Under the pieces are notes generated by a model, which was not told the DNA's origin, did not search any database, and saw only the letters and a program-made list of their open reading frames with translations. From assembly GCA_963734265.1 (NCBI GenBank), contig CAVTGN010000002.1, positions 417,102 to 481,101 on the forward strand: 64,000 bases of DNA, read 5' to 3'. A program made the position numbers and the translations under genes. Of this stretch, positions 8,089-18,217 are shown piece after piece. Numbering within the stretch: the stretch's first letter is position 1; each line of letters opens with the position of its first letter. Origin of the DNA: Terriglobia bacterium (GTDB taxonomy: Bacteria > Acidobacteriota > Terriglobia > Terriglobales > Acidobacteriaceae).

Positions 8089-9852
8089 ATGCGCTCTCAC
8101 TGCAAGTTATTCATTCTGCTGCTCTTGGTTTCAACCGGAGCAGCGACGGCCCAAGCCTCTGGCGCGGCCGTCATCCCGGTGCAGGCATCGCGCGGCATGG
8201 TAGCCAGCATTCATGGCTTGGCGTCGCGCGCCGGGGTGCAGGTGATGAAGGCAGGCGGCAACGCGGTAGATGCCGCGGTGGCCGTCGGATTCGCGCTCGC
8301 GGTGGTAAACCCCAGGGCGGGGAATTTAGGTGGCGGCGGCTTCATGCTCATCCGCATGGCGGACGGCAAGACGCGCTTTATCGACTATCGCGAGAAGGCC
8401 CCGGCGGCCGCGACGGCGAATATGTATCAGGACGCACAGGGGAACGTCATTAAAGGTGCCAGCACAGTTGGATACAAAGCCATCGGAGTGCCAGGGTCGG
8501 TCGCCGGCATGGTGTATGCCGAGAAGAAATACGGAAAATTGACGCTGGAACAGGTCATGGCTCCGGCGATCAAGCTGGCGCAGGACGGATTTGCCCTGAC
8601 TGCTTCGGACGCAAAGGAGCTTCGCGACGATAAGCATCTGGCTGAATTCCCCGAGTCGCGACGCATCTTTCTGCGGGATGGAAACTATTACACGGCTGGC
8701 GAAATCTTCCGGCAACCTGAACTGGCGCGCACTCTGCAGCGAATCGTCAGCAAGCCTGACGACTTCTATCACGGCGAAATGGCTCGTGCGTTGGCGGCCT
8801 CGGTGCAGAAGGGTGGAGGCCTGATTACAGCCGACGATCTGGCGAATTATGAAGTCAAAGAACGCGAGGCGGTGCGGGGAAGCTATCGCGGATACGAAAT
8901 CATCAGCGCGCCGCCGCCGTCGTCGGGCGGGATCGCCCTGATCGAAATCCTCAATATTCTCGAGGGCTACCACCTGGCGAATTCGAGGGAACGGCCGGCT
9001 CCCGCGATTCATCTGACCCTGGAGGCTTTCCGGCGCGCGTTCTTCGATCGAGCGGAGTTTCTGGGCGATCCCGACTTCTCGAAAATACCGGTGGCCCAGC
9101 TGATCGACAAGCGTTACGCGACCGCCTGGCGGGAATCGATCGATCCGGACCACGCGAATGTGAGTAAGGATCTGCGGAGACCGGCGATCTTCACTCAGTT
9201 GGAACAGTACGCGGCGCTTCATCCTCAGCCAGGCGCACTGCCCGAGCCCGACCAGACCACACACTATTCCGTGGTCGATCCGGCTGGGAATGCGGTTGCA
9301 GTCACGACTACTTTGAACAACAGCTTCGGCTCCCGTGTGACTGCCGAGGGTCTGGGCTTTCTGCTCAACGATGAGATGGACGACTTTTCCTCCAAACCAG
9401 GCGCGCCCAACGTGTTTGGACTCATCCAGGGCCCGGCCAATGCAATTGGGCCAGGCAAGCGCCCGCTTTCAGCGATGGCGCCGACGATCGTGCTAAAAGA
9501 TGACAAACTGTTCCTGGTGATGGGTTCTCCCGGCGGACCGCGGATCATCAGCACGGTGGCCAACATCTTCATGGGAGTGGTGGACTACGGCATGAATATT
9601 CAGGAGGCGGTCAACGCCGCGCGCTTCCATCAGCAATGGTTGCCGGACGTCGCCTACCTGGAAGAAGGCTTTTCTCCGGACACCGTGAAGGCACTGGAAG
9701 GAATGGGATACCACATCGAGTTCGGTGTCCGGGGCGAGGAAACCTGGGATCCCTACTGGAGCGACGGCGAGTGCATCATGATTGACCCCAAGAGCGGAGA
9801 GCGTCTCGGCGCCAGCGACAAGCGTCATAATGGAAGAGCGGTTGGGTTTTAG
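8089..9852 (+). CDS. ggt: gamma-glutamyltransferase
   Basis: 587 aa with a signal peptide, GGGGFMLIR, the autoprocessing and nucleophile site QTTHYSVVD, and GSPGGPRIIS. Confidence 0.93.
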   Translation: MRSHCKLFILLLLVSTGAATAQASGAAVIPVQASRGMVASIHGLASRAGVQVMKAGGNAVDAAVAVGFALAVVNPRAGNLGGGGFMLIRMADGKTRFIDYREKAPAAATANMYQDAQGNVIKGASTVGYKAIGVPGSVAGMVYAEKKYGKLTLEQVMAPAIKLAQDGFALTASDAKELRDDKHLAEFPESRRIFLRDGNYYTAGEIFRQPELARTLQRIVSKPDDFYHGEMARALAASVQKGGGLITADDLANYEVKEREAVRGSYRGYEIISAPPPSSGGIALIEILNILEGYHLANSRERPAPAIHLTLEAFRRAFFDRAEFLGDPDFSKIPVAQLIDKRYATAWRESIDPDHANVSKDLRRPAIFTQLEQYAALHPQPGALPEPDQTTHYSVVDPAGNAVAVTTTLNNSFGSRVTAEGLGFLLNDEMDDFSSKPGAPNVFGLIQGPANAIGPGKRPLSAMAPTIVLKDDKLFLVMGSPGGPRIISTVANIFMGVVDYGMNIQEAVNAARFHQQWLPDVAYLEEGFSPDTVKALEGMGYHIEFGVRGEETWDPYWSDGECIMIDPKSGERLGASDKRHNGRAVGF

Positions 9853-9880
9853 TCGGGTGAGAATCGGGTGAAGTCTAGCC

Positions 9881-10702
9881 ATGCTTAAGGCAATTTCCAC
9901 TTGCGTGTACTTGAAAGAGCGGCTGCATCCCGGCCTGCTGGATGGCCTGGTGCGAGGCGGGGCGCAGGCCATCGAGATCTTCGCCGCGCGTCAGCATCTC
10001 GACTACGCCAATCGCAAACAGCACGTTCGCGAAATTGCAGATTGGTTCCGCACCAGTGGCGTGCCCCTGCACTCGGTACATTCGCCCATGTTTGCCGATT
10101 ACGAGAGCGGCCGTTCCGGTTCGCAGCCGGTTAATGTGGCAGCAACCGACCGGGCACAGCGTATCGAGGCAATGGATGAAATCAAGCGTGCCATCGAAGT
10201 AGCGGAGCAGATTCCCTTTCGCTTCCTGGTGCAGCACATCGGCGTCAGCGGGGAATCGTTTGACGAACGCAAGTTTGAAGCCGCGATGACTTCGATCGAA
10301 CACTTGCGCGCCTTCGCCAAGCCCTTGGGGGTGCGCATCCTGCTGGAAAATATTCCCAATGAGCTGTCAACCCCCGAGAAGCTGGTGGAGTTTATTCAGG
10401 ACAGCCACTTTGAGGACGTTGGCGTGTGCTTCGACCTGGGCCACGCCCACCTCACCAGCAAGGTGCCGGAAGCCTTCGAAATCCTGAAGCGCTATATTCA
10501 CTCCACGCACGTCCACGACAACGCCGGAGATCGCGACTCGCACCTGTGGCCAGGAGCCGGCTCGATCGACTGGAAAGAAGCGATGGAACTGCTGCGGTCG
10601 GCGCCACAGACGCCGCCATTGCTGCTGGAAGTCGAAGCCGATGAGAAAGTGAATCTGGCCGAAAAAATGGCCGAGACGTTTAGAAAATTGGAAGTTGAGT
10701 GA
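9881..10702 (+). CDS. sugar phosphate isomerase/epimerase (xylose isomerase-like TIM barrel, AP endonuclease 2 family)
   Basis: 273 aa with the pattern ...IEIF...LHSVHSP...RILLENIPNE...CFDLGHAH...HVHDN typical of this fold. Confidence 0.75.
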   Translation: MLKAISTCVYLKERLHPGLLDGLVRGGAQAIEIFAARQHLDYANRKQHVREIADWFRTSGVPLHSVHSPMFADYESGRSGSQPVNVAATDRAQRIEAMDEIKRAIEVAEQIPFRFLVQHIGVSGESFDERKFEAAMTSIEHLRAFAKPLGVRILLENIPNELSTPEKLVEFIQDSHFEDVGVCFDLGHAHLTSKVPEAFEILKRYIHSTHVHDNAGDRDSHLWPGAGSIDWKEAMELLRSAPQTPPLLLEVEADEKVNLAEKMAETFRKLEVE

Positions 10703-10800
10703 TGGAAATTGAGTAATTTAGTAATTGTGTAATTGGGTAATTTGAAAAGCGGCCTGTTCGTTTTCAATTTACCAATTACCCACTTACCCGATTTCCCAAT
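10703..10800. repeat. REP-G (AATTGGGTAATT type, GTAATT-rich palindrome)
   Basis: GAGTAATTTAGTAATTGTGTAATTGGGTAATTTGAAAA ... TTTTCAATTTACCAATTACCCACTTACCC. The arms are imperfect inverted repeats around a GC-rich loop. Only one copy is seen in the window. Confidence 0.7.
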
Positions 10801-10806
10801 CCAACT

Positions 10807-12132
10807 ATGTCTTCACCAGTCAGCACCATCGCCGATATCGGGAAACACGAAGGCCAGACCGTCACCATTCGCGGCTGGCTCTACAACCTGCGAGAAAGCG
10901 GGAAGCTGCTTTTTCCTCAATTTCGCGACGGCTCGGGCGTGATTCAAGGAATTGTGCCTAAGAGCGCGGTCGCGCCCGAGGTCTTTGATGCGATCAAGGG
11001 GCTCACCCAGGAGTCGAGCGTAATCGTTGAGGGCAAGGTTCGCGCCGACAAGCGCGCGCCCGGTGGTTATGAACTGGATGTATCGGGCGTGCAGGTGCTG
11101 CAGCGTGTTTCGGAAAACGATCCGTACCCGATTTCGCTGAAAGAACATGGCGTGGACTTCCTGATGGAGCACCGCCATCTTTGGGTGAGGAGTCCGCGGC
11201 AGGCTGCGATCCTGCGTGTGCGCGCGGAAATCATCAAGGCAGTCAGGGATTTTTTTGACGAGCAAGGTTTCACCTTGACCGACCCACCCATTTTGACTCC
11301 TGCCGCTTGCGAGGGAACCAGCACGCTTTTTCCCGTGGACTATTTTGAAGAGCAGGCGTTTCTGACCCAGTCCGGTCAACTTTATATCGAAGCCACCGCC
11401 ATGGCCCTGGGCAAAGTCTATTCATTCGGGCCAACTTTTCGTGCGGAAAAATCCAAGACTCGCCGCCACCTCACCGAATTCTGGATGGTCGAGCCCGAAG
11501 TCGCTTATGCCGAACTCGACGATCTCATGGATCTCGCCGAAGGCCTGATCAGCTTCGTGGTAAAGCGTTGCCTGGAGAAGCGGCGCAGCGAACTGCAAAC
11601 CATCGGCCGCGATGTCAGCAAGCTGGAGAAGATTCAGGCTCCGTTTCCGCGAATCCCATACGACGAAGCGGTCAAGATGCTGCAGGAAGCCCATGCCGCC
11701 GGCAAACTGGAGAATAAATTTGAGTGGGGCGGCGACCTGGGATCGCCCGACGAAACTTACATTTCATCCCAGTTCGACAAGCCGGTGATGGTGCATCGCT
11801 ATCCCGCGCAGGTGAAGGCCTTCTACATGGAACCCGACCCGCAGCGGCCGGAACTGGCGCTGTGCGTGGACGTGCTCGCCCCCGAAGGCTACGGCGAAAT
11901 CGTCGGAGGCTCGCAGCGTATGGCCTCCTACGATCTGCTGGTGCAGCGCATTCGCGAACATGGCCTTCCCGAAGAAGCCTTCCGGTGGTACCTTGACCTG
12001 CGCAAATATGGCAGCGTGCCGCATGGCGGCTTCGGCATGGGCATTGAGCGCGTGGTGGCGTGGATCTGCGGTCTCGAGCACGTGCGCGAAACCATCCCAT
12101 TTGCCAGGACGCTGCACCGCCTGTATCCGTAA
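10807..12132 (+). CDS. asnS: asparagine--tRNA ligase
   Basis: 441 aa with an OB-fold N-terminus, class II motifs [21 protein letters not shown] and [13 protein letters not shown], and an AsnRS-type length. Confidence 0.88.
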   Translation: MSSPVSTIADIGKHEGQTVTIRGWLYNLRESGKLLFPQFRDGSGVIQGIVPKSAVAPEVFDAIKGLTQESSVIVEGKVRADKRAPGGYELDVSGVQVLQRVSENDPYPISLKEHGVDFLMEHRHLWVRSPRQAAILRVRAEIIKAVRDFFDEQGFTLTDPPILTPAACEGTSTLFPVDYFEEQAFLTQSGQLYIEATAMALGKVYSFGPTFRAEKSKTRRHLTEFWMVEPEVAYAELDDLMDLAEGLISFVVKRCLEKRRSELQTIGRDVSKLEKIQAPFPRIPYDEAVKMLQEAHAAGKLENKFEWGGDLGSPDETYISSQFDKPVMVHRYPAQVKAFYMEPDPQRPELALCVDVLAPEGYGEIVGGSQRMASYDLLVQRIREHGLPEEAFRWYLDLRKYGSVPHGGFGMGIERVVAWICGLEHVRETIPFARTLHRLYP

Positions 12133-12190
12133 AGGATTCGCCCAGTCGCTCGTTGCGCAGTCACTTGAAGAAAATCGCAGAGGGAGGCGC

Positions 12191-13039
12191 ATGAAGAGAA
12201 GGATTTTGGCCTGTCTTGTCGGATTGCTTCCGCTGATGGCTCTCGCGCAACGAACCCAGCAGAAGCCCGATGTGCCGGTCGACAAGTGGGCCGGAAAAAC
12301 GATCATGCTCATCGGCGCCCATGCCGACGATGACTCCCTTTCACATGGCACCCTGGCGATGCTTCAGGCGCACGGCAATCAGGTTTACGTTGTGACGTTG
12401 ACGACGGGCAACGTCGGAACCCAGGACCCGAATCTCTCGCGAACCCAACTGGCCGAAATTCGCCGGCAGGAGGAACTAGCGGCTCTTGCCGAGCTTGGCA
12501 TTCCGGGCGAGCACTATATCAATCTCGGGTATGACGACGGACTCCTCGAATTTGAAGATCGGAAGGCCGTGGTGGAAAATCTGGTTCGCCTGATTCGCAA
12601 GCTGCGTCCGGATGTGTTGATGGCATGGGACCCGGGAACAAATTACCAGCGCTGGCACAAGTCCGATCACCGCGCCGCCTCCTACCTGGCAGCGGACGCC
12701 GCCCGCGCCGCCATGTGGCGGCTGCTCTTCGAGGGTCAGATCACCCAGGAGGGCTTGAAGGAGTACATGATTCCCGAGTACCTCTTCTACAACGACTACG
12801 ACTATGGCGACGAGAATATCTGGGTCGACATCACCGGCTTTGTTGATAAGAAGGTTAATGCCGGAGCAAAATACGTCAGCCAGAATGGGCCAGGCTGGAA
12901 GAATTACAAAGCCAACCTGTCAGAAGCTGAGCTGAAGCAAATGAAGGATGATGTGCGAGCCAACATCCGGATAAAGGATGGCAAGCCGGTCGAGGGATTT
13001 CGCTACTACAAAGGACTGCCCGATGCGGTCGGAAAATAG
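12191..13039 (+). CDS. PIG-L/LmbE family deacetylase, secreted
   Basis: Start MKRRILACLVGLLPLMALAQ preceded by AGGGAGG. Motifs IMLIGAHADDDS and HKSDHRAAS are present. The upstream part of ORF 11960..13039 overlaps asnS and is not coding. Confidence 0.8.
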   Translation: MKRRILACLVGLLPLMALAQRTQQKPDVPVDKWAGKTIMLIGAHADDDSLSHGTLAMLQAHGNQVYVVTLTTGNVGTQDPNLSRTQLAEIRRQEELAALAELGIPGEHYINLGYDDGLLEFEDRKAVVENLVRLIRKLRPDVLMAWDPGTNYQRWHKSDHRAASYLAADAARAAMWRLLFEGQITQEGLKEYMIPEYLFYNDYDYGDENIWVDITGFVDKKVNAGAKYVSQNGPGWKNYKANLSEAELKQMKDDVRANIRIKDGKPVEGFRYYKGLPDAVGK

Positions 13040-13075
13040 CTCCTTACATAACGAGTTCCAGTTTCATTCGCTCTT

Positions 13076-14014
13076 ATGACGAATATTACTTCCACCAGCA
13101 TCGCTGCCAGAAAGATTCGCGTCATCGGCGTTCCCCTCGACCTGGGTCAATCCCGCCGCGGCGTGGATATGGGCCCCTCGGCGGTGCGCGTAGCCGGGCT
13201 GGAAGCGCGCCTGGAAGAGATTGGACATTCGGTCGAGGATGCGGGAAATATTTCCGTTGCCATCGCGGAGCAGAAAAAAGTCGGTGATCCATCCGCCAAG
13301 TATCTGAAAGAGATTACAGCCACCTGCACCAAGAACGCCGAGCTGGTCATAAAGACGCTGGAGGCCGGTATGGTTCCTCTCGTGCTCGGCGGCGACCACT
13401 CGGTGGCCGCAGGCACAGTTGCCGGCGTCGCCGAATTTTTTCGCCGGCAAAATCAGAAAGTTGGATTGATCTGGATTGACGCTCACACCGACATCAATAC
13501 TCCAGAAAGCTCGCCCAGCGGCAATGTACACGGGATGCCTCTGGCGGCGACGATGGGGCTGGGGCCAGCCGAGCTGGCAAACATCTTCAACTTTTCGCCC
13601 AAGGTGAAGCCGGAGAACTGTGTGCTTGTCGGCGTGCGCGACATCGACGCCGTTGAAAAAGAAAATGTCCGCAGAGCCGGTATCGGCGTCTTTACCATGC
13701 GCGATATCGACGAGCGCGGCATGCGCACGGTCATGGAAGAAGCCCTGCGCATGGCAGGACGCGGCACTGCCGGCTATCACGTTTCACTCGACATGGACTG
13801 GATCGATCCTGAAGACGCGCCCGGCGTAGGCACCCCGGTCCGCGGCGGCGCGACCTATCGGGAGGCGCATCTGGCAATGGAAATCATCGCCGACCACGGC
13901 CGCATGCTGAGTTTTGAAATTGTCGAAGTGAATCCGGTGATCGATGAGCACAACCGCACCGCCGATTTGGCGGTGGAGTTGGCACTGTCTGCCTTCGGAA
14001 AAAAGATCCTCTAG
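13076..14014 (+). CDS. rocF: arginase
   Basis: 312 aa with manganese-ligand motifs GGDHSVAAG, DAHTDINTPESSPSGNVHGMP and SLDMDWIDP. Confidence 0.9.
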   Translation: MTNITSTSIAARKIRVIGVPLDLGQSRRGVDMGPSAVRVAGLEARLEEIGHSVEDAGNISVAIAEQKKVGDPSAKYLKEITATCTKNAELVIKTLEAGMVPLVLGGDHSVAAGTVAGVAEFFRRQNQKVGLIWIDAHTDINTPESSPSGNVHGMPLAATMGLGPAELANIFNFSPKVKPENCVLVGVRDIDAVEKENVRRAGIGVFTMRDIDERGMRTVMEEALRMAGRGTAGYHVSLDMDWIDPEDAPGVGTPVRGGATYREAHLAMEIIADHGRMLSFEIVEVNPVIDEHNRTADLAVELALSAFGKKIL

Positions 14015-14020
14015 CGGGTT

Positions 14021-14155
14021 GTGTGGGGCGGACCTGCCCTGAGCGAAGTCGAAGGGGCCCCCCGCCCGCCGCTTTTGCATTTGATTTTGTTTTGCTGTTC
14101 GAAGCCGAACCCCACCAAGTCCAAGGCGGCGGGCGAGGGCGCCCGCCCCACACAC
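14021..14155. repeat. REP-C copy 1 (GTGTGGGGCGG...CCGCCCCACAC termini)
   Basis: GTGTGGGGCGG...CCCCGCCCGCCGCTTTTG on the left and GGCGGCGGGCGAGGGCGCCCGCCCCACAC on the right. The left arm carries an inserted REP-A-like piece (CTGAGCGAAGTCGAAGG). Other copies lie at 44508-44656, 56978-57121 and 60266-60412. Confidence 0.85.
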
Positions 14156-14166
14156 TCCAACCTGAA

Positions 14167-15483
14167 TCATTTCATGCAGGGCGGAATTTCAATATTGGCC
14201 GGCCCCGTGAGCGGGCCGTAGTTCATCTGAACGCCGCCGGCGCCGTTCGGATCAACCAATTCAATCCGCAACGGCAACCCGGTGTCCTTGGCCACGAACA
14301 GGTGCACCGTGCCCTGAGTCTTCTGGTTGTCGTAGGAATAAAACTCATATCCGTCTGCCATCGCGCCGTTCACACTCTGATCGCCGATGGGATGGAAGTC
14401 GGTGAGCTGTGTCGTGGACTGCGCCCCCGGCCCGCCTTGCGGGACGTCACGGCACTGCCAGGAAAACATATCCCGCTCCTTCTTCAGCATTTTGGGAACT
14501 TCCGCATGTGTCATTGCGACGCCTGCGGCGGTCATCCCTGCGCCGATCGCGCCCATGGGTCCTTCTGCTGCGGCGCGAGCGACTACGGTCGCGGCCATGC
14601 GGTCCAACTCCGCCAGGTCGTGAGCTGCTTTTTCCTCGCTTTCCTTCAGTAATCGAGGCACCGCAGCCGAAGTAATCAGACGCGCGGCGCGGCCGTTTTG
14701 CACCACCGCCCGAATTTCCCAGTCATCCACCGTTCCCGGCACGTCGGTCGCACGCATTTTGTAGTGCATGGTGTATTGCCGCGTATCGCCCACAACCAGC
14801 ATTTCCTGCGGGCTGAATATGCTCTGTGCCATCGCCGCCATTTGAGGATCGTTGGTCTGCATGGTCATGACCATGTGATAGCCAGGCTGGGTCTTCAACC
14901 GCATGAATGACGTATAGAGCGCGCTATCCAGCGGAACCGGCACACCGCCATGAGATGGAATGGAGTTGGCAGAGCCTCCTCCCTTTGCGGACCTCCTTGC
15001 GTTGCGCTGGGCCATCGAGGCTTGCATACGCTCCCGCATTTCAGGGGGCATATTGTTCATCATTTGCTGCATCTGCTGCATCTGGTCCGGCGACATTCCC
15101 TGCATCCCCTGAGGACTCATGTCTTGGGATCCCGTACCCGAAGATGCATTCGGGGTGGAATCTTGTGTAGTGGCCGCACTCGGTGCAGGTGTTGAATTTT
15201 GCGCTGCTTCGGCAGCGTTCTTCTTTTTGGCGTCCGCCGCCAGCATGGCCCGGATCACCTTGCTGCTGACGCCAGCCTGGTTCAGCGACTGCAAGCCGGT
15301 GGAGGAAAGATCGAACTGCGTGTCATTGGCGGCGATGGCGGCGGTAATCGTGCTTTCCGCCATCCCCGCCTTCACCATTTTTATGACGTCGGCGTTAGTC
15401 AGGGGAGATTGCTGCTGTGCAGCAAAGGTAGATACAGCCAGAAAAATAGCGAGGATGACGCTGGCGAACCTGGGCACCTGCAT
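14167..15483 (-). CDS. hypothetical secreted protein with a Q/M/N-rich low-complexity segment
   Basis: GGAGG lies 6 nt upstream of ATG 15483. Signal peptide MQVPRFASVILAIFLAVSTFAAQQ. The N-terminal module is LTNADVIKMVKAGMAESTITAAIAAN...LNQAGVSSKVIRAML, followed by GMQGMSPDQMQQMQQMMNNMPPEMRERMQ. No family recognised. Confidence 0.7.
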   Translation of the reverse strand: MQVPRFASVILAIFLAVSTFAAQQQSPLTNADVIKMVKAGMAESTITAAIAANDTQFDLSSTGLQSLNQAGVSSKVIRAMLAADAKKKNAAEAAQNSTPAPSAATTQDSTPNASSGTGSQDMSPQGMQGMSPDQMQQMQQMMNNMPPEMRERMQASMAQRNARRSAKGGGSANSIPSHGGVPVPLDSALYTSFMRLKTQPGYHMVMTMQTNDPQMAAMAQSIFSPQEMLVVGDTRQYTMHYKMRATDVPGTVDDWEIRAVVQNGRAARLITSAAVPRLLKESEEKAAHDLAELDRMAATVVARAAAEGPMGAIGAGMTAAGVAMTHAEVPKMLKKERDMFSWQCRDVPQGGPGAQSTTQLTDFHPIGDQSVNGAMADGYEFYSYDNQKTQGTVHLFVAKDTGLPLRIELVDPNGAGGVQMNYGPLTGPANIEIPPCMK

Positions 15484-15559
15484 GAACAACCTCCGCTTAA
15501 TCCGGTTAAGCTCCGGCAGTTAAAAGAAGGGCCCGACAGATTCGAAGACTCTAGCTGGA

Positions 15560-15591
15560 GAAAATTGAGAAAGGGACGGACCTCCGTCCCT
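15560..15591 (-). terminator. intrinsic terminator after the CsgG-like gene
   Basis: An 8-bp stem GGGACGGA / TCCGTCCC at 15573-15590 is followed on the - strand by TTTCTCAATTTTC. Confidence 0.55.
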
Positions 15592-15609
15592 CCTCGCCTA
15601 TCGGTTTGG

Positions 15610-16653
15610 CTACTGCGTAACTGTTTTCACCGCGTCACCGGTCTTGAACCCGGTTCCTGAAATCGTGGTCGCGACCGCAGAAATATCGTCGACGTCAGTA
15701 ATTTTGATCACGCCCACGGTCGTGCTCATGCGACGAATTACTTTGCCCGACGAAGGATCCTTGATTTCACGGCTGACCCGTTCAACGTTCAACTGGTCGC
15801 CAACCTTCACCCCGGCCTTCGATCCGACATTGAGAATGATCTGTCCGCCGTCGACGGCGGCGATCAGTCCCTCCACGACGATGGTTCGGGTTACCAGCTT
15901 GTCTTTGTCCGCGATCACTTCGGTGCTGGTCTGGTCCACCGCGGCTTTCACGGCTTCACCGATAATCGTGTTCTGGAAGTCGCTGCTGCCGAAGTCGACA
16001 TTGCCGGCTCCAGAGCCCGCCCAGTGCCCTCCGCCTCCAAGCAGCGAAGTGCTCTCGCGCTTGGATTCGCCCCGGCCTTCAGCTACCGCCAGAATCTCAC
16101 CCGTATCCACATCGATCATCCGCGCCGTCAGCGCCACGATGGCCTTGGACTTTTTGTGGCCAAATCCGCCCAGGCCAAATCCGCCCAGCGTGTTGCCCGC
16201 ACCGCCCAGGTTCATGTTCTTGGTTTCGTTACCGAAGGTAGTGATGCTCCCGACGATGATGGCGTCCACACCCAGTAGTTTTCCCAGCTTGGCCGCGGAA
16301 GTGGGATTGGCGCGATCGCTATTGGAAAAATTCTGCTCGGCCATGAGCTTGTCTAGGGCCTTGCGCTCGATCACCGAGTAGCTGCCGTCCTTCACCAGGT
16401 TGGTCACCATCAGGTCGGAGATTCCCTTCCCGATATCGACGTCCTGGCCGAAAATCGAAGCCACGCCGCCGTGCACCGTGGCGTAGTCGAAGTCCATGAT
16501 CGCCACCCGCTTTTTGCGTCCCTGGGTAGGAGAAGGAGCCCCCGGAGCTGGCGGTGCCGCATCCGGCGGGGCAGCAGCCGGCGGGGCTTGTGCGCTTACT
16601 GGTAAGGCAAGAAAAAGGCAAAATAGCGCGGCTAGAGACATTACTTTTCGCAT
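15610..16653 (-). CDS. CsgG/HfaB-family outer-membrane secretion component-like protein
   Basis: Signal peptide MRKVMSLAALFCLFLALPVSAQA. The core RVAIMDFDYATV...DLMVTNLVKDGSYSVIERKALDKLMAEQNFSNS...LGKLLGVDAIIVGSITTFG follows the CsgG-family pattern. About 130 extra C-terminal residues are present. Confidence 0.65.
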   Translation of the reverse strand: MRKVMSLAALFCLFLALPVSAQAPPAAAPPDAAPPAPGAPSPTQGRKKRVAIMDFDYATVHGGVASIFGQDVDIGKGISDLMVTNLVKDGSYSVIERKALDKLMAEQNFSNSDRANPTSAAKLGKLLGVDAIIVGSITTFGNETKNMNLGGAGNTLGGFGLGGFGHKKSKAIVALTARMIDVDTGEILAVAEGRGESKRESTSLLGGGGHWAGSGAGNVDFGSSDFQNTIIGEAVKAAVDQTSTEVIADKDKLVTRTIVVEGLIAAVDGGQIILNVGSKAGVKVGDQLNVERVSREIKDPSSGKVIRRMSTTVGVIKITDVDDISAVATTISGTGFKTGDAVKTVTQ

Positions 16654-16804
16654 GTGAGGTTTCCCCTGTGAAAGAAAATCAGGACCAAAAAGAACTCCCG
16701 GTCCCGGCCCGGGCGAGGCTAGCTCGGGGGTGCAGCCCCAGTCAACCCGGACGGTATGACATTGTGCAAGAATGGGAAGGTCTAATCAAGCCCATATCAC
16801 TACC

Positions 16805-18004
16805 ATGAAGAAACTCCGCGTCGGCATCCTGTTTGGCGGGCGCAGCGGAGAGCATGAAGTGTCGCTGCTCTCGGCCGCATCGGTCTTCAACGCCATCGAT
16901 AAGGCCAAGTTTGAGGTGGTGCCGATCGGCATCACCAAGGAAGGCCGCTGGTTGACCGCGGCCGACGCCGAACGGCTGTTGCAGGGAAAGGGGGTTGGCG
17001 ACTCAGGCTCCCAGGCCCATTTGCGGGCCGGAGATCCCGAGGCCACCCCGGGAGCGGCTGTCCTGGCCAGGGGCGAGGCGGTCATCGTTCCCCCGGAGCC
17101 GCAGCGGCAATCCACCTCGTTGACTCCGTTTCAGACCGACGCTGCCCTGACGCGACGAGCTTCGGACCGCGCCATCAATGTCGACATCATCTTCCCCGTC
17201 CTGCATGGGACGTTTGGCGAAGATGGGACCATCCAGGGCCTGCTCGAACTGGCCGACATTCCATACGTTGGCGCCGGGGTTCTGGGCTCGGCCGCGGGCA
17301 TGGACAAGGACGTGATGAAGTCCCTGTTCCTCGCCAACGGATTGCCCATCGTGAAGCACGTCACCGTCCTGCGCAGCGCATGGGAAGACGAGCCCAAGAA
17401 GGTCCAAAAGCTGGTAGAGAGCAAGTTGAAGTATCCGGTATTCGTGAAGCCCGCGAACCTGGGATCGTCGGTGGGAATTTCGAAGGCGCACGATCGCAAG
17501 GAGCTTGGTCCGGCAATTGAAGAAGCCGCCAGATTCGATCGCAAGATTGTGATCGAACAAGGCGTAGGCGGAAATAAGCAGAAGGCCCGCGAGATTGAAT
17601 GCTCCGTCCTTGGAAACGACAAGCCGGCGGCATCGGTTCCGGGAGAGATCGTTCCTGGAAAAGAGTTCTACGATTACACCGCCAAATACGTGGATGAAGG
17701 TTCCCAGCTGATCATTCCCGCCAAACTCAGCAAAGCCGAGACCAGGAAAATTCAGCAACTGGCGATCAGCGCCTTCAAAGCGGTGGACTGTTCCGGCCTG
17801 GCCCGGGTGGATTTCCTGATGGACCCGAAAAATCGGAAAATTTATCTCAACGAGATCAATACCATGCCCGGCTTTACCGCCATCAGCATGTATCCCAAGC
17901 TGTGGGCAGCCTCGGGACTGGCCTATCCTGATTTGATCGAGCGGCTGATCCAGCTAGGACAAGAGCGGCACGCGGAAAAGAAGCGCAATCAGTACAGCCG
18001 ATAA
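16805..18004 (+). CDS. ddl: D-alanine--D-alanine ligase
   Basis: [37 protein letters not shown] and EINTMPGFT are present. It is a long DdlA-type protein with a roughly 30-aa longer linker after the first beta-strands. Confidence 0.92.
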   Translation: MKKLRVGILFGGRSGEHEVSLLSAASVFNAIDKAKFEVVPIGITKEGRWLTAADAERLLQGKGVGDSGSQAHLRAGDPEATPGAAVLARGEAVIVPPEPQRQSTSLTPFQTDAALTRRASDRAINVDIIFPVLHGTFGEDGTIQGLLELADIPYVGAGVLGSAAGMDKDVMKSLFLANGLPIVKHVTVLRSAWEDEPKKVQKLVESKLKYPVFVKPANLGSSVGISKAHDRKELGPAIEEAARFDRKIVIEQGVGGNKQKAREIECSVLGNDKPAASVPGEIVPGKEFYDYTAKYVDEGSQLIIPAKLSKAETRKIQQLAISAFKAVDCSGLARVDFLMDPKNRKIYLNEINTMPGFTAISMYPKLWAASGLAYPDLIERLIQLGQERHAEKKRNQYSR

Positions 18005-18007
18005 CCC

Positions 18008-18191
18008 TGTCATCCTGAGCGGAGTAGCTGCTTCGCGAAGCGAAGCGGCTACGAAGTCGAAGGACCCCTTTAAGCTAAATCGGGCCAGGACGTGCCGCGC
18101 TCACGCACCTAGAGTCCTTCTAATCGGTAGGGGTCCTTCGACTCCATCTTTCCATTCGCAAGCGAATGGAAAGATTGCGCTCAGGATGACA
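18008..18191. repeat. REP-A copy 1: composite MITE-like palindromic element (TGTCATCCTGAGCG termini)
   Basis: Termini are TGTCATCCTGAGCG / CGCTCAGGATGACA, with inner hairpins (GCTTCGCGAAGCGAAGC; CCATTCGCAAGCGAATGG). GTCGAAGGACCCCT pairs with AGGGGTCCTTCGAC. It starts 3 nt after the ddl stop. Confidence 0.9.
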
Positions 18192-18217
18192 AAAGCTAGA
18201 TCGATGACAAAGCTAAG

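Noticed and set aside
14023-14652. ORFs that start in or run through repeat elements (14023..14652, 44508..45044, 60243..60509, 23564..23788, 52277..52516)
   Set aside because: Their N-terminal parts are simply translated REP arms (GRPRPP, WGQPPSAV, VILSEAK-type peptides) and the remainder is antisense to real genes.
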